A program made the position numbers and the translations under genes. The notes beneath the pieces were generated by a model, which ran no database searches, was not told where the DNA came from, and saw only the letters and a program-made list of their open reading frames with translations. Shown in pieces: positions 1-8,671 of a DNA stretch of 64,000 bases (within the stretch, counting starts at the first letter, position 1; the number at the start of each line of letters is the position of its first letter). The DNA comes from Clostridia bacterium (lineage in GTDB: Bacteria > Bacillota > Clostridia > CAKSNL01 > HGM11501): assembly GCA_045545475.1 (NCBI GenBank), contig JAZQAZ010000041.1, positions 1 to 64,000 of the forward strand, given 5' to 3'.

Positions 1-73
1 TGATATTTTTACACATATTTATAATTTCAACTGCAAAATCTTTTGCTTTATCAAGCATTATGCTTTCTGCCAT
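1..73 (-). CDS. Probable four-helix-bundle protein (23S rRNA IVP/bAvd-like, TIGR02436-type), 5' part only; runs off the window edge
   Basis: Not in the ORF track. Manual translation from ATG at 73 gives MAESIMLDKAKDFAVEIINMCKNI, with an SD-like AGGATGTGA just upstream. The DKAKDFAVEII pattern resembles helix 1 of Firmicutes four-helix-bundle proteins. Only 24 codons are visible. Confidence 0.55.
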   Translation of the reverse strand, partial: MAESIMLDKAKDFAVEIINMCKNI

Positions 74-100
74 ATACTCACATCCTATCAATTTCTTTTA

Positions 101-308
101 GCTAAATTTTGCAACAAGTTGCAAGGCTAAATTATTACGCTTTGCTCCATAGCTAAATAACTCCTTCGGAGCAGCTAAATTAAATTCGCATTATAGCTGA
201 CCGCAGGTCAATTTAGCTACGAAGTAATTTAGCGTGCGTCAGCACATTTAGCTCGCTGCCAAGCGAATTTAGCTGAATAGATTTAACTTTGTTAAATCTA
301 TTCTACCA
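101..308. repeat. Modular hairpin array: 4x GCTAAAT followed by 4x ATTTAGC heptamers, separated mostly by short hairpins and ending in a 13-bp-arm palindrome
   Basis: GCTAAAT at 101, 126, 152, 174. ATTTAGC at 211, 227, 246, 267. Spacers include TTGCAAC-AA-GTTGCAA, CTCC-TTC-GGAG, TGACC-GCA-GGTCA, TAC-GAA-GTA, GTGC-GTCA-GCAC, TCGC-TGCCAA-GCGA and GAATAGATTTAAC-TTT-GTTAAATCTATTC. Confidence 0.9.
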
Positions 309-328
309 CACCATGTAAAAAAACACAA
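300..328 (-). promoter_or_regulatory. Putative sigma-A promoter reading into the hairpin array
   Basis: TTGTGT (328-323), 17-nt spacer, TAGAAT (305-300) preceded by TG (extended -10). Confidence 0.5.
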
Positions 329-356
329 TACAAAATAAAGAAAAAAACAGAAGGCA

Positions 357-1628
357 TCAGCCTTCTGTTCCTGTACTTTTTATATTGTTTGTATCTTCTC
401 TTTCAACCAATACGCTCTTGCTGTCTTCAACCGCCTCTTTTGTGACGATTATTCGTGATATGGAAGGCTCAGAGGGAATCTCATACATTACGTCTCCCAT
501 AATTCCTTCAATGATAGCACGAAGACCTCTTGCACCGGTTCCACGTTTTATTGCCTTCTCGGCAATTGCCAAAAGAGCATCCTTTTCAAATTCAAGCTTA
601 ACTCCGTCATAGTCGCAAAGATGTGTATACTGCTTAACAATGGCGTTTTTCGGAACGGTGAGGATATTAACCAAAGCATCCTTATCAAGATTTTCAAGAG
701 CAACCACAATGGGAAGTCTTCCTATAAATTCAGGAATAAGACCGAACTTCAGCAAATCCTGAGGCTCAACCTTGGAGAAATATTCGCCGGTATCCATATC
801 CTTTTTGCTTTCAACATCGCTTCCGAATCCAACCACGTTGCTTCCAAGTCTTTTCTTTATTATCTTTTCAAGACCGTCAAAAGCACCGGAGCAGATGAAA
901 AGAACATTGGTTGTATCAAACTGTATAAACTCCTGATGTGGGTGCTTTCTGCCACCCTGGGGAGGCACGTTTGCAACTGTTCCTTCAAGTATTTTAAGCA
1001 AAGCCTGCTGAACACCTTCTCCGCTCACATCTCTTGTAATGGAAGGGTTTTCGCTTCTTCTTGAAATTTTATCAATTTCGTCAACATATATAATGCCTCT
1101 CTGTGCTCTTTCAACGTCATAATCTGCCGCCTGAAGGAGCTTTAAGAGAATATTCTCAACGTCTTCACCCACATAGCCTGCCTCTGTCAGTGCAGTTGCA
1201 TCCGCAATAGCAAAAGGAACATCAAGAATTTTCGCAAGAGTCTGTGCCATATAGGTTTTTCCCACTCCTGTAGGGCCAAGAAAAAGAATGTTACTCTTTT
1301 GAATTTCAACCTCGCCGTCCAATTTACCTGCCACTCGCTTATAGTGATTGTAAACCGCAACAGCCAGACTTTTTTTTGCCTGTTCCTGACCTATTACATA
1401 CTCATCAAGACGCTCTTTAATTTCTCTAGGCTTTAACAACTTGAAATTCACCGATGTGCCTTTAGCAGGAGCGAATTCGAGATCATCATTTTCTTCCGAT
1501 ATAATATCATAACAAACTTCTATGCATTCGTCGCAGATATACGCCCCGGGGCCTGCGATTAGCCTGTTGGCTTCCCCCTGAAGCTTTCCGCAAAACGAAC
1601 AGCATATTTTCTTTTCAGAATCTTTCAC
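357..1628 (-). CDS. clpX: ATP-dependent Clp protease ATP-binding subunit ClpX
   Basis: N-terminal Zn finger CSFC..ICDEC, Walker [25 protein letters not shown] and PPQGGRKHP. Confidence 0.98.
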   Translation of the reverse strand: MKDSEKKICCSFCGKLQGEANRLIAGPGAYICDECIEVCYDIISEENDDLEFAPAKGTSVNFKLLKPREIKERLDEYVIGQEQAKKSLAVAVYNHYKRVAGKLDGEVEIQKSNILFLGPTGVGKTYMAQTLAKILDVPFAIADATALTEAGYVGEDVENILLKLLQAADYDVERAQRGIIYVDEIDKISRRSENPSITRDVSGEGVQQALLKILEGTVANVPPQGGRKHPHQEFIQFDTTNVLFICSGAFDGLEKIIKKRLGSNVVGFGSDVESKKDMDTGEYFSKVEPQDLLKFGLIPEFIGRLPIVVALENLDKDALVNILTVPKNAIVKQYTHLCDYDGVKLEFEKDALLAIAEKAIKRGTGARGLRAIIEGIMGDVMYEIPSEPSISRIIVTKEAVEDSKSVLVEREDTNNIKSTGTEG

Positions 1629-1650
1629 AATAAAACCTCCAAAAGGATTA

Positions 1651-2229
1651 TTATCTCTCCGAAATAATTTTATCTATAATGCCGTAGTCTTTCGCTTCTT
1701 CTGCTGTGAGATAATAATCGCGCTCGGTATCTTCTATAACCTTGGAAAGCTCACGACCCGTATTCTCAGAAAGAATGGTATTGAGTTTATCCTTGATTCG
1801 CATCATCTGGTTTGTCATGATTTCAATGTCCGTCGCCTGTCCCTGATATACACTGCTTAAGGAAGGCTGATGAATCATAATTTCGCTGTTGGGAAGTGCT
1901 ATTCTCTTTCCCTTGGCACCGCTTGAAAGCAGGAACGCCCCCATGGATGCCGCCATACCGATGCAGATTGTGGATACGTCGCACTTTATATATTTCATGG
2001 TGTCATAAATTGCAAGGCCGTCTGATACAGAGCCACCCGGACAATTTATATAAAGGCATATATCCTTATCAGGATCTTCACTTTCAAGATATAAAAGCTG
2101 TGCAATAATACTGCACGCAGTTGCATTATCAAGCACCCCGTTCAAGAAAATTATTCTGTCCTTAAGAAGTCTTGAATAGATGCTTTCCCCACTGGAATAT
2201 TCCTCTCTTGCACTCATAGCATTAACCAT
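1651..2229 (-). CDS. clpP: Clp protease proteolytic subunit
   Basis: [19 protein letters not shown] (catalytic Ser), IMIHQP (His), ERDYY (Asp); lies between tig and clpX. Confidence 0.96.
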   Translation of the reverse strand: MVNAMSAREEYSSGESIYSRLLKDRIIFLNGVLDNATACSIIAQLLYLESEDPDKDICLYINCPGGSVSDGLAIYDTMKYIKCDVSTICIGMAASMGAFLLSSGAKGKRIALPNSEIMIHQPSLSSVYQGQATDIEIMTNQMMRIKDKLNTILSENTGRELSKVIEDTERDYYLTAEEAKDYGIIDKIISER

Positions 2230-2289
2230 GAAAAATCCTCCTTTTTTTAGTATATATAAGGCGGTCAGAAGACCGCCTTTATACTTATA

Positions 2290-3840
2290 TTATTCAGCAT
2301 CTGCTGCTTTCTTTGTTGTTTTCTTTGCTGCGGGTTTCTTTTCGCCCTCAGCATCTGCTGCCTTTTTTGTTGTCTTCTTTGCTGCGGGTTTCTTTTCACC
2401 TTCAGCGTCTGCTGCCTTCTTTGTAGTTGTCTTCTTTGCTGCGGGTTTCTTTTCGCCCTCAGCATCTGCTGCTTTCTTTGTTGTCTTCTTTGCCGCGGGT
2501 TTCTTTTCGCCCTCAGCGTCTGCTGCCTTCTTTGTAGCCTTCTTTGCCACCTGCTTTGCATTTGCAGCAAGAATATCAAGAGCCTTATTGTTAACGATAT
2601 CGCTCTTCATAGCATCGATGTTTGCATTCATAAGCTCGCGAATTTTATCCTTTTCCATCTTATAAACTTCAGCAATCTTATTGAATTCTGCTTCAACATC
2701 TTCGTCAGTAGCTTCTAAGCCTTCAACTTCTGCAATCTTTTCAAGAACAAGACTTCCGAGTACCTGAGCCTTAGCGGAGGGCTTCATCTGCTCTTTCATC
2801 TGCTCTTCTGTCATGCCGGTGTACTGAAGGTAAAGCTTCATGTCGATACCCTGACTCTTTAATCTGTATGCATAGTCCTCAACCATCTTTTCAGCCTGAT
2901 TGTCTACCATGCACTCGGGAAGGTCAATTTCAGCACCTGCAACTGCTGCTTCAAGAGCTGCATTTTCAATTTCACGCTTTTCATTTTCAGCAGCGTTCTT
3001 TTCAAGTTTTGCACGAACATCAGCCTTAAGTTCATCAAGTGTGTCAAACTCGCTTACGTCCTTTGCAAATTCGTCGTCAAGTTCGGGAAGTTCCTTAACT
3101 TTAATAGCCTTTAATGCTACCTTGAATGTAGCGTCTTTGCCCTTTAATTCTTCAGCGTGGTACTCTTCGGGGAATTTAACATTAACGTCAAATTCTTCGC
3201 CGATATTCTTTCCAACAATCTGATCTTCAAAGCCGGGAATGAAGGAGCCGCTTCCAAGCACAAGCTCATAATCTGTTCCCTTTCCGCCTTCAAATGCAAC
3301 ACCGTCAGCAAAGCCTTCAAAGTCTATAGTTGTGGTATCGCCCATAGCTGCAGCTCTGTCTTCGATTGTTACCATTCTGGAGTTCTTCTCACGCATATTG
3401 CCGATTTCAGCGTCAACATCTTCGTCTGTAATCTTGAATTCAACCTTTGCGATTTCAACACCCTTATATGTACCGAGCTTAACTTCAGGCTTGGTATATA
3501 CTTCTGCGGTGAATACAAAAGGCTTATCCTCTTCTCCGATTGTTACTATATCGATTTCGGGCTGAGATACGGGAGAGATTTTTGCTTCTTCCACTGCATT
3601 ATCATATGCATCCGGAATTACAAAATTTACTGCATCCTCATAAAATACTCCAGCACCGTACATTTTCTCAATCATTTTTCTGGGAGCTTTTCCCTTGCGG
3701 AAGCCGGGAACGTTAATGTACTTAACGTTTTTCTGGTATGACTTTTTCATACCTTCCTCGAACACGTCAGCAGCCACTTCAATTGTAAGCTTAACTTTGT
3801 TCTTTTCCACATTTTCAAGTGTATAACTCATTTCTTTCAT
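2290..3840 (-). CDS. tig: Trigger factor with a Lys/Ala-rich repetitive C-terminal tail
   Basis: Ribosome-binding motif PGFRKGKAP, FKBP domain (GSGSFIPGFEDQ, FPEEYHAEEL), ELDDEFAKDVSEFDTL. Confidence 0.97.
   Translation of the reverse strand: MKEMSYTLENVEKNKVKLTIEVAADVFEEGMKKSYQKNVKYINVPGFRKGKAPRKMIEKMYGAGVFYEDAVNFVIPDAYDNAVEEAKISPVSQPEIDIVTIGEEDKPFVFTAEVYTKPEVKLGTYKGVEIAKVEFKITDEDVDAEIGNMREKNSRMVTIEDRAAAMGDTTTIDFEGFADGVAFEGGKGTDYELVLGSGSFIPGFEDQIVGKNIGEEFDVNVKFPEEYHAEELKGKDATFKVALKAIKVKELPELDDEFAKDVSEFDTLDELKADVRAKLEKNAAENEKREIENAALEAAVAGAEIDLPECMVDNQAEKMVEDYAYRLKSQGIDMKLYLQYTGMTEEQMKEQMKPSAKAQVLGSLVLEKIAEVEGLEATDEDVEAEFNKIAEVYKMEKDKIRELMNANIDAMKSDIVNNKALDILAANAKQVAKKATKKAADAEGEKKPAAKKTTKKAADAEGEKKPAAKKTTTKKAADAEGEKKPAAKKTTKKAADAEGEKKPAAKKTTKKAADAE
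2293..2544 (-). repeat. Coding tandem repeat, ~4.6 copies of 54-57 bp (KKTTKKAADAEGEKKPAA)
   Basis: Equivalent positions at 2293, 2347, 2401, 2458 and 2512; units differ mainly at synonymous sites. Confidence 0.95.
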
Positions 3841-3926
3841 CCTTTCTCAAAGCTAAACCCACTAACTGCAGTTTAGCCTTTCTAAAGCTATATTATACCA
3901 TATAATAAAAATTTTTCAAGTACTTT

Positions 3927-4604
3927 TTACAATATAATTTTTTTTGGCAAAAACGATAAATAGTCACACGAAACAAGGGCTGTGAATGGTGAAATTTCAT
4001 TATAACTATCCATATTTTCGCTGTGCAGATGTCCGTAGAGCACACATTTTACGGAATAACGCTCTGCAATCTCTAAAAACCCTTCATACGGAGGATAATG
4101 GATTGCCGCTATAAGCTCCGTTGCGCCTCTCTTTTTTGCATCCTCTAAAGAAAGCTCCATCCTTATAAGTTCCCGTTTATATATCTTATCATCTTCACCT
4201 TTAAAATCCTTGTCAGAGGGCGTTATCCATCCCCGTGATGCACAAACGCCGATATTACCTATCGTGAAAGAGTTATTATGGATGAAGTGAATTGTGTCAT
4301 AACCTTGTTCTTCTTTGAATTTATTAAGCTTTGACATGGTGGTCCACCAATAATCATGATTCCCTTTTGATATAATTTTCGTTCCGGGAAGTTTATTTAT
4401 AAAATCAAAATCGGCTTTTGCTTCCTCAAGGTATGTTGCCCAGGAAATATCTCCCGGAATTATTACATAATCTTCTTTTGTAATCTCTCTTTCCCAGTTT
4501 TCCTTTATTCTGTAAACATAATTTTCCCACCGTTTACCGAATATGTCCATAGGCTTTTTCACACCCATGGGTAAATGCAGGTCGGAAATCGCAAAAATCG
4601 CCAT
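3927..4604 (-). CDS. Calcineurin-like metallophosphoesterase
   Basis: Motifs SDLH, PGDISW, GNHDYWW, HYPP and YGHLH. Confidence 0.9.
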   Translation of the reverse strand: MAIFAISDLHLPMGVKKPMDIFGKRWENYVYRIKENWEREITKEDYVIIPGDISWATYLEEAKADFDFINKLPGTKIISKGNHDYWWTTMSKLNKFKEEQGYDTIHFIHNNSFTIGNIGVCASRGWITPSDKDFKGEDDKIYKRELIRMELSLEDAKKRGATELIAAIHYPPYEGFLEIAERYSVKCVLYGHLHSENMDSYNEISPFTALVSCDYLSFLPKKIIL

Positions 4605-4623
4605 AATAAACCTCCTTTCTTGA

Positions 4624-4800
4624 GTCTTAAAATTTCAACAAAGAAATTTTAAGACGGATATTTCGAAAAAGCGTTCAAGCTTTTTTGAAATGCAAACGAA
4701 AAATCCGAACAGGATTTTTTCGCTACGCTTTTTTAACAAATGAATAGGCTTTCTACTTAAAATTTCAACAAAGAAATTTTAAGACGGATATTTCGAAAAA
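4624..4800. repeat. Intergenic hairpin-series element with an exact 45-bp direct repeat
   Basis: CTTAAAATTTCAACAAAGAAATTTTAAGACGGATATTTCGAAAAA at 4626-4670 and 4756-4800. Each copy contains an 11-bp-arm palindrome, and two more hairpins follow the first palindrome. Confidence 0.85.
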
Positions 4801-4936
4801 ATTTGTTTCTTTTAAGAATAATATTTCAATTTACGGCAAAACTAATTTTGTACCTCAAAAGTACAAATATTTCTGATATATCACTTTTATTATTGCGCAT
4901 AAAAATGATATATCGGCCCTGAAAGGATTTGTTTTC

Positions 4937-5107
4937 ATGAATAAAAACACACACCGTCTTGACGGAATCGTATGTGACGCAGAAAAGTGCGCCTACAACG
5001 AAAACCACGAATGCCACGCAACTTCTATTAAGGTTGAATCCGGAAATGCAACAAAGGCAAACCAGACAGAATGCAGTACCTTTAAAAACAAGTGCGAAAG
5101 TTGTTAA
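4937..5107 (+). CDS. Small Cys-rich DUF1540-like protein (56 aa), missed by the ORF track
   Basis: MNKNTHRLDGIVCDAEKCAYNENHECHATSIKVESGNATKANQTECSTFKNKCESC; Cx4CxYN..C..I.V..T.C.TF pattern; SD GAAAGGA at 4921-4927; terminator directly downstream. Confidence 0.85.
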   Translation: MNKNTHRLDGIVCDAEKCAYNENHECHATSIKVESGNATKANQTECSTFKNKCESC

Positions 5108-5120
5108 AATCCTCTCTTTG

Positions 5121-5153
5121 AAAACAGCGTGCAGTTTCTGCACGCTGTTTTTT
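5121..5153 (+). terminator. Intrinsic terminator after the DUF1540-like gene
   Basis: AAAACAGCGTGCAG-TTT-CTGCACGCTGTTTTTT. Confidence 0.85.
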
Positions 5154-5244
5154 AGCTAAAAAACTCTGTTGCTTTTTTCAACGAGAATTTGCAAATAACG
5201 TCCAAGCGGTTTGCAAATATAATCAAAAATTCAGCGGGGAATTT

Positions 5245-6744
5245 TTATGCTAAGAATTCATTTACCCTTAAAATCATTTCTTCTTTCTTTGTAACATCCG
5301 GGAATCTTACTTCCTTATCTTTAAGAGCTGCTAAAGATTTAGGAGGAGTCATATTTCCTATTTCCGAAAGCTTTTCGATAAGAAGAAATTCATCGTCTGT
5401 CACAGGTGCATCATCCTCACCCATAATTGCAGATACAACGCTTCCGCTGAACTTAAACGGACTTGCAGTGGATGCGATTATCGTTTTGGTTGAATCATGA
5501 GTCTGTGCAAGATACTGTTCATAAACATTTTCGGCAACCGCTGTATGGGTGTCCATTACATATGAATAGTTTCTTTCAATTTCGCTTATCGTACGCATGG
5601 TAAATTTATCATCGCAGTAAGCCGCATAAAAGTTTTCTTTAAGTTTTGCCTTTATATCATCGGGAACTTCGTAGCTTCCCTCTTCAGAAAGCTTTGCCAT
5701 AAGCTCCTTAACAAGCTCAGAATTTTCACCGGACATATGGTATAAAAGTCTTTCAAGATTACTGGAAATAAGTATATCCATAGACGGCGAAATTGTCTGA
5801 ACAAAAGCACGATTCTTATTGTAAACACCGGTTCTGATAAACTCGGTTAAAACATTGTTGCTGTTTGAAGCACAAATAAGTGTCTTTATCGGAACTCCCA
5901 TTTCCTTTGCATAATATGCCGCAAGAATATTTCCGAAGTTTCCTGTGGGAACACAGATGTTTACTTCTTCGCCGCAGGAGATCTCCTTGTTTTTTACAAG
6001 CTCCGCATAAGAGGATACATAGTAGACAATCTGCGGTAGAAGTCTTCCCCAGTTAATGGAATTTGCACTGGACAATTCATAACCTCTCTCACGGAGTTTT
6101 TCTTTAAACTCTACATCCGAGAAGATTTTCTTAACGCCGCTTTGTGCATCGTCAAAGTTTCCTTCAATGGCATAAACTCCAACGTTATATCCTTCCTGGG
6201 TCTGCATCTGAAGCTTCTGTATTTCAGAAACTCCTCCCGTGGGATAAAAGACAAATATTTTTGTTCCCGGAACATCACGGAATCCTTCAAGTGCCGCCTT
6301 ACCGGTATCTCCGCTTGTAGCAACTAAAATTGCAACCTTTTTATCGGTTCCTGTCTTTTCCATGGATGTGGTGAGAAGATAGGGCAAAATCTGAAGAGCC
6401 ATATCCTTAAATGCACATGTGGGACCGTGCCAGAGTTCCAATACATAAGTATGTTCGTTAAGCTTATATATGGGAGCTATGGTGTCAGTTTCAAACTTTT
6501 CCTTGGTATAAGCCTTAGAAGTACAGTCCTTTATCTCATTTCTTCTGAAATCGGTTAAGAAAAGGCTAAATATTTCCGTTGCCCTTTCACTGTAGGACAT
6601 GTTTCCCAGTGCCACAATTTCATCAAGTGAAAGATAAGGTATTTCTTCCGGGACAAAAAGACCTCCGTCACTGCACAGGCCCTTTACAATTGCCTCAGAC
6701 GCAGTGATTTCAACGCTTTTATCTCTACTGCTGTGATATAACAT
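5245..6744 (-). CDS. thrC: Threonine synthase
   Basis: DGGLFVP, ELWHGPTCAFKD (PLP Lys), ATSGDTG, SANSINWGRL, PTGNFGN and SPSMDILISSN. Confidence 0.96.
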   Translation of the reverse strand: MLYHSSRDKSVEITASEAIVKGLCSDGGLFVPEEIPYLSLDEIVALGNMSYSERATEIFSLFLTDFRRNEIKDCTSKAYTKEKFETDTIAPIYKLNEHTYVLELWHGPTCAFKDMALQILPYLLTTSMEKTGTDKKVAILVATSGDTGKAALEGFRDVPGTKIFVFYPTGGVSEIQKLQMQTQEGYNVGVYAIEGNFDDAQSGVKKIFSDVEFKEKLRERGYELSSANSINWGRLLPQIVYYVSSYAELVKNKEISCGEEVNICVPTGNFGNILAAYYAKEMGVPIKTLICASNSNNVLTEFIRTGVYNKNRAFVQTISPSMDILISSNLERLLYHMSGENSELVKELMAKLSEEGSYEVPDDIKAKLKENFYAAYCDDKFTMRTISEIERNYSYVMDTHTAVAENVYEQYLAQTHDSTKTIIASTASPFKFSGSVVSAIMGEDDAPVTDDEFLLIEKLSEIGNMTPPKSLAALKDKEVRFPDVTKKEEMILRVNEFLA

Positions 6745-6799
6745 AAATAAACCTCCGGGTAATGCACATCTTCCCTTTTTAAGATATGCTTATTTGACA

Positions 6800-6828
6800 T
6801 ATAAAAAGCGGCATTGCCGCTTTTTATA
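6800..6828 (-). terminator. Perfect inverted repeat, likely intrinsic terminator
   Basis: TATAAAAAGCGGCA-T-TGCCGCTTTTTATA immediately after the 6837-7247 gene. Confidence 0.7.
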
Positions 6829-6836
6829 ATTTGTGA

Positions 6837-7247
6837 TTAAAGATATTTTTTAAGTCCTTCGCTGAGTTCATCTTCCTTGATGCTGATTGTGATTGTAAGG
6901 TTAGCATTTGCTTTTTCGCAAACCGCAGCTGCCTTATCAAGCATAGTTTCAAGAGCGGGTACATCGTTAGATCCTACAATCTTTGTGATGCTGTCAACAA
7001 AAATATCACATATATCGAAATCCTGTGAGAGAACACCGCAGATTACGCCGTAAAATGCATCATAATTTTCAACTGCATATTCCTCTGTATTAATCAAACG
7101 AATTTTAGAACTGAGGTCATAGGTGTGTCTTGTTCCCTTGTTGATAAATACGATACTGCCCTTCTGGGAATCGAGTGCTGCGTGAACCGCATCAATGAGA
7201 GTTTTGGTTTTTCCTGTTCCTTTTTCACCTACAATAATTTTTAACAT
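6837..7247 (-). CDS. Small P-loop NTPase-like conserved clostridial protein
   Basis: N-terminal Walker A GEKGTGKT and Walker-B-like IFVDS; SD GGAGG upstream. Confidence 0.75.
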   Translation of the reverse strand: MLKIIVGEKGTGKTKTLIDAVHAALDSQKGSIVFINKGTRHTYDLSSKIRLINTEEYAVENYDAFYGVICGVLSQDFDICDIFVDSITKIVGSNDVPALETMLDKAAAVCEKANANLTITISIKEDELSEGLKKYL

Positions 7248-7324
7248 AGCCGTTACCTCCTGTGTTTTTTATAGGAATATACTTCCTTATTTACATTGTA
7301 CTATATATTGCACAATTTTTCAAG

Positions 7325-8650
7325 TTATTTTTTTAATTTTTCATAAAGTTCTTCGGCCTGTGCCTCATAACCGGGTTTTCCAAGGAGTGCAAACATATTT
7401 TTCTTGTATGCTTCAACGCCCGGCTGATTGAAAGGGTTAACTCCCAAAGTATAACCGGAGATACCGCAGGCCTTCTCGAAGAAGTAAACAAGAGAACCGA
7501 AATTGTATGCATCAAGTGTATCAATTTCAAGAACGATATTCGGAACATTTCCGTCTGTATGTGCAAGTAATGTTCCGAGGAACGCCTTGTTATTTACATA
7601 GTCCATTGTCTTTCCTGTAAGGAAATTAAGACCATCAACGTTTTTCTCGTCATTTATAACGGTTACATCGTTCTCGGGAGTTTTAACGGTAAGCACCGTT
7701 TCAAACATATTTCTTCTTCCCTCCTGGATGTACTGACCAAGAGAGTGAAGATCTGTGGAAAAATCAACAGCTGCAGGGAAAATGCCCTCGTTATCCTTAC
7801 CTTCGGATTCTCCGAAGAGCTGCTTCCACCACTCACCAATATAATGAAGTCTGGGCTCGTAGTTTGCAAGGATTTCAAGAGTTTTGCCCTGACGGTATAA
7901 TATATTTCTTACCGCAGCATATTCCGTGCAGGCGTTTTCCTCTGATTCGTACTCCTTCATGGCGTCATATGCACCCTGCATCATAGCGTCGATGTCAATA
8001 CCGGCTGCTGCAATGGGAAGAAGGCCAACTGCTGTTAAAACAGAGAATCTTCCACCTACATCATCGGGCACAACGAATGTAGGATAGCCCATTTCGTCGG
8101 CTAAATTTTTAAGAGCACCCTTTTTAGCATCTGTCGTTACATAAACTCTGCCCTTTGCAGTGCCGTATTTTTTATTAAGAGCATCAGTCAGAAGTCTGAA
8201 GGCAATTGCAGGCTCTGTTGTTGTCCCGGACTTGGATATAACGTTTACGGAAAAATCCTTATCCTCTAAAAATTCCATGAGCTCGTGCATATAGTTTCCG
8301 CTAATATTGTTTCCTGCATAAATAATTATGGGAGCGTTTCGCTTTTCCTTGGGAAGAAGGTTTGAAAAAGATGAATTAAGCATTTCAATTGCCGCTCTTG
8401 CACCAAGGTACGATCCACCGATGCCTACAACCACAAGTACATCGGAATTTTTCTTTATTTCCTCTGCCGCCGACTTGATTCTTGCAAACTCTTCTTTATC
8501 ATAGTTTTCGGGAAGGCGTACCCAACCTAAAAAGTCGTCACCGGCACCTCCGCCCTGCTCAACCAATTTCTTTGCTTCTGCAATCTGTCCTTTAATTGCA
8601 TCAAGCTGCCTTTTTTCGATTCCTGTTTTCGAATAATCAATTCTTACCAT
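7325..8650 (-). CDS. pgi: Glucose-6-phosphate isomerase
   Basis: [36 protein letters not shown] and [12 protein letters not shown]. Confidence 0.97.
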   Translation of the reverse strand: MVRIDYSKTGIEKRQLDAIKGQIAEAKKLVEQGGGAGDDFLGWVRLPENYDKEEFARIKSAAEEIKKNSDVLVVVGIGGSYLGARAAIEMLNSSFSNLLPKEKRNAPIIIYAGNNISGNYMHELMEFLEDKDFSVNVISKSGTTTEPAIAFRLLTDALNKKYGTAKGRVYVTTDAKKGALKNLADEMGYPTFVVPDDVGGRFSVLTAVGLLPIAAAGIDIDAMMQGAYDAMKEYESEENACTEYAAVRNILYRQGKTLEILANYEPRLHYIGEWWKQLFGESEGKDNEGIFPAAVDFSTDLHSLGQYIQEGRRNMFETVLTVKTPENDVTVINDEKNVDGLNFLTGKTMDYVNNKAFLGTLLAHTDGNVPNIVLEIDTLDAYNFGSLVYFFEKACGISGYTLGVNPFNQPGVEAYKKNMFALLGKPGYEAQAEELYEKLKK

Positions 8651-8671
8651 ATCAAATGTCCTTTCTATACC

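Noticed and set aside
101-308. Hairpin array read as a CRISPR array
   Set aside because: Repeats are only 7 bp, switch orientation midway, have 9-19 nt mostly self-complementary spacers, and no cas genes are present.
2180-2665. Repetitive ORFs 2180-2665 (+) and 2265-2579 (-)
   Set aside because: Shadow frames of the tig C-terminal repeat.
3852-3877. GCTAAAC..GTTTAGC upstream of tig, and TTTAGCTAAA at 5151-5160, as further array copies
   Set aside because: Single imperfect matches without the hairpin series; expected by chance in AT-rich DNA or part of ordinary leader and terminator stems.
4826-5159. ORFs 4826-5143 (-) and 4959-5159 (+)
   Set aside because: They overlap the better-supported 4937-5107 gene, which has an SD, a family motif and a terminator.
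5187-5246. TTTGCAAA palindromes and small hairpins downstream of thrC
   Set aside because: They lie between convergent genes and are adequately explained as terminator-like structures; there is no promoter here to regulate.
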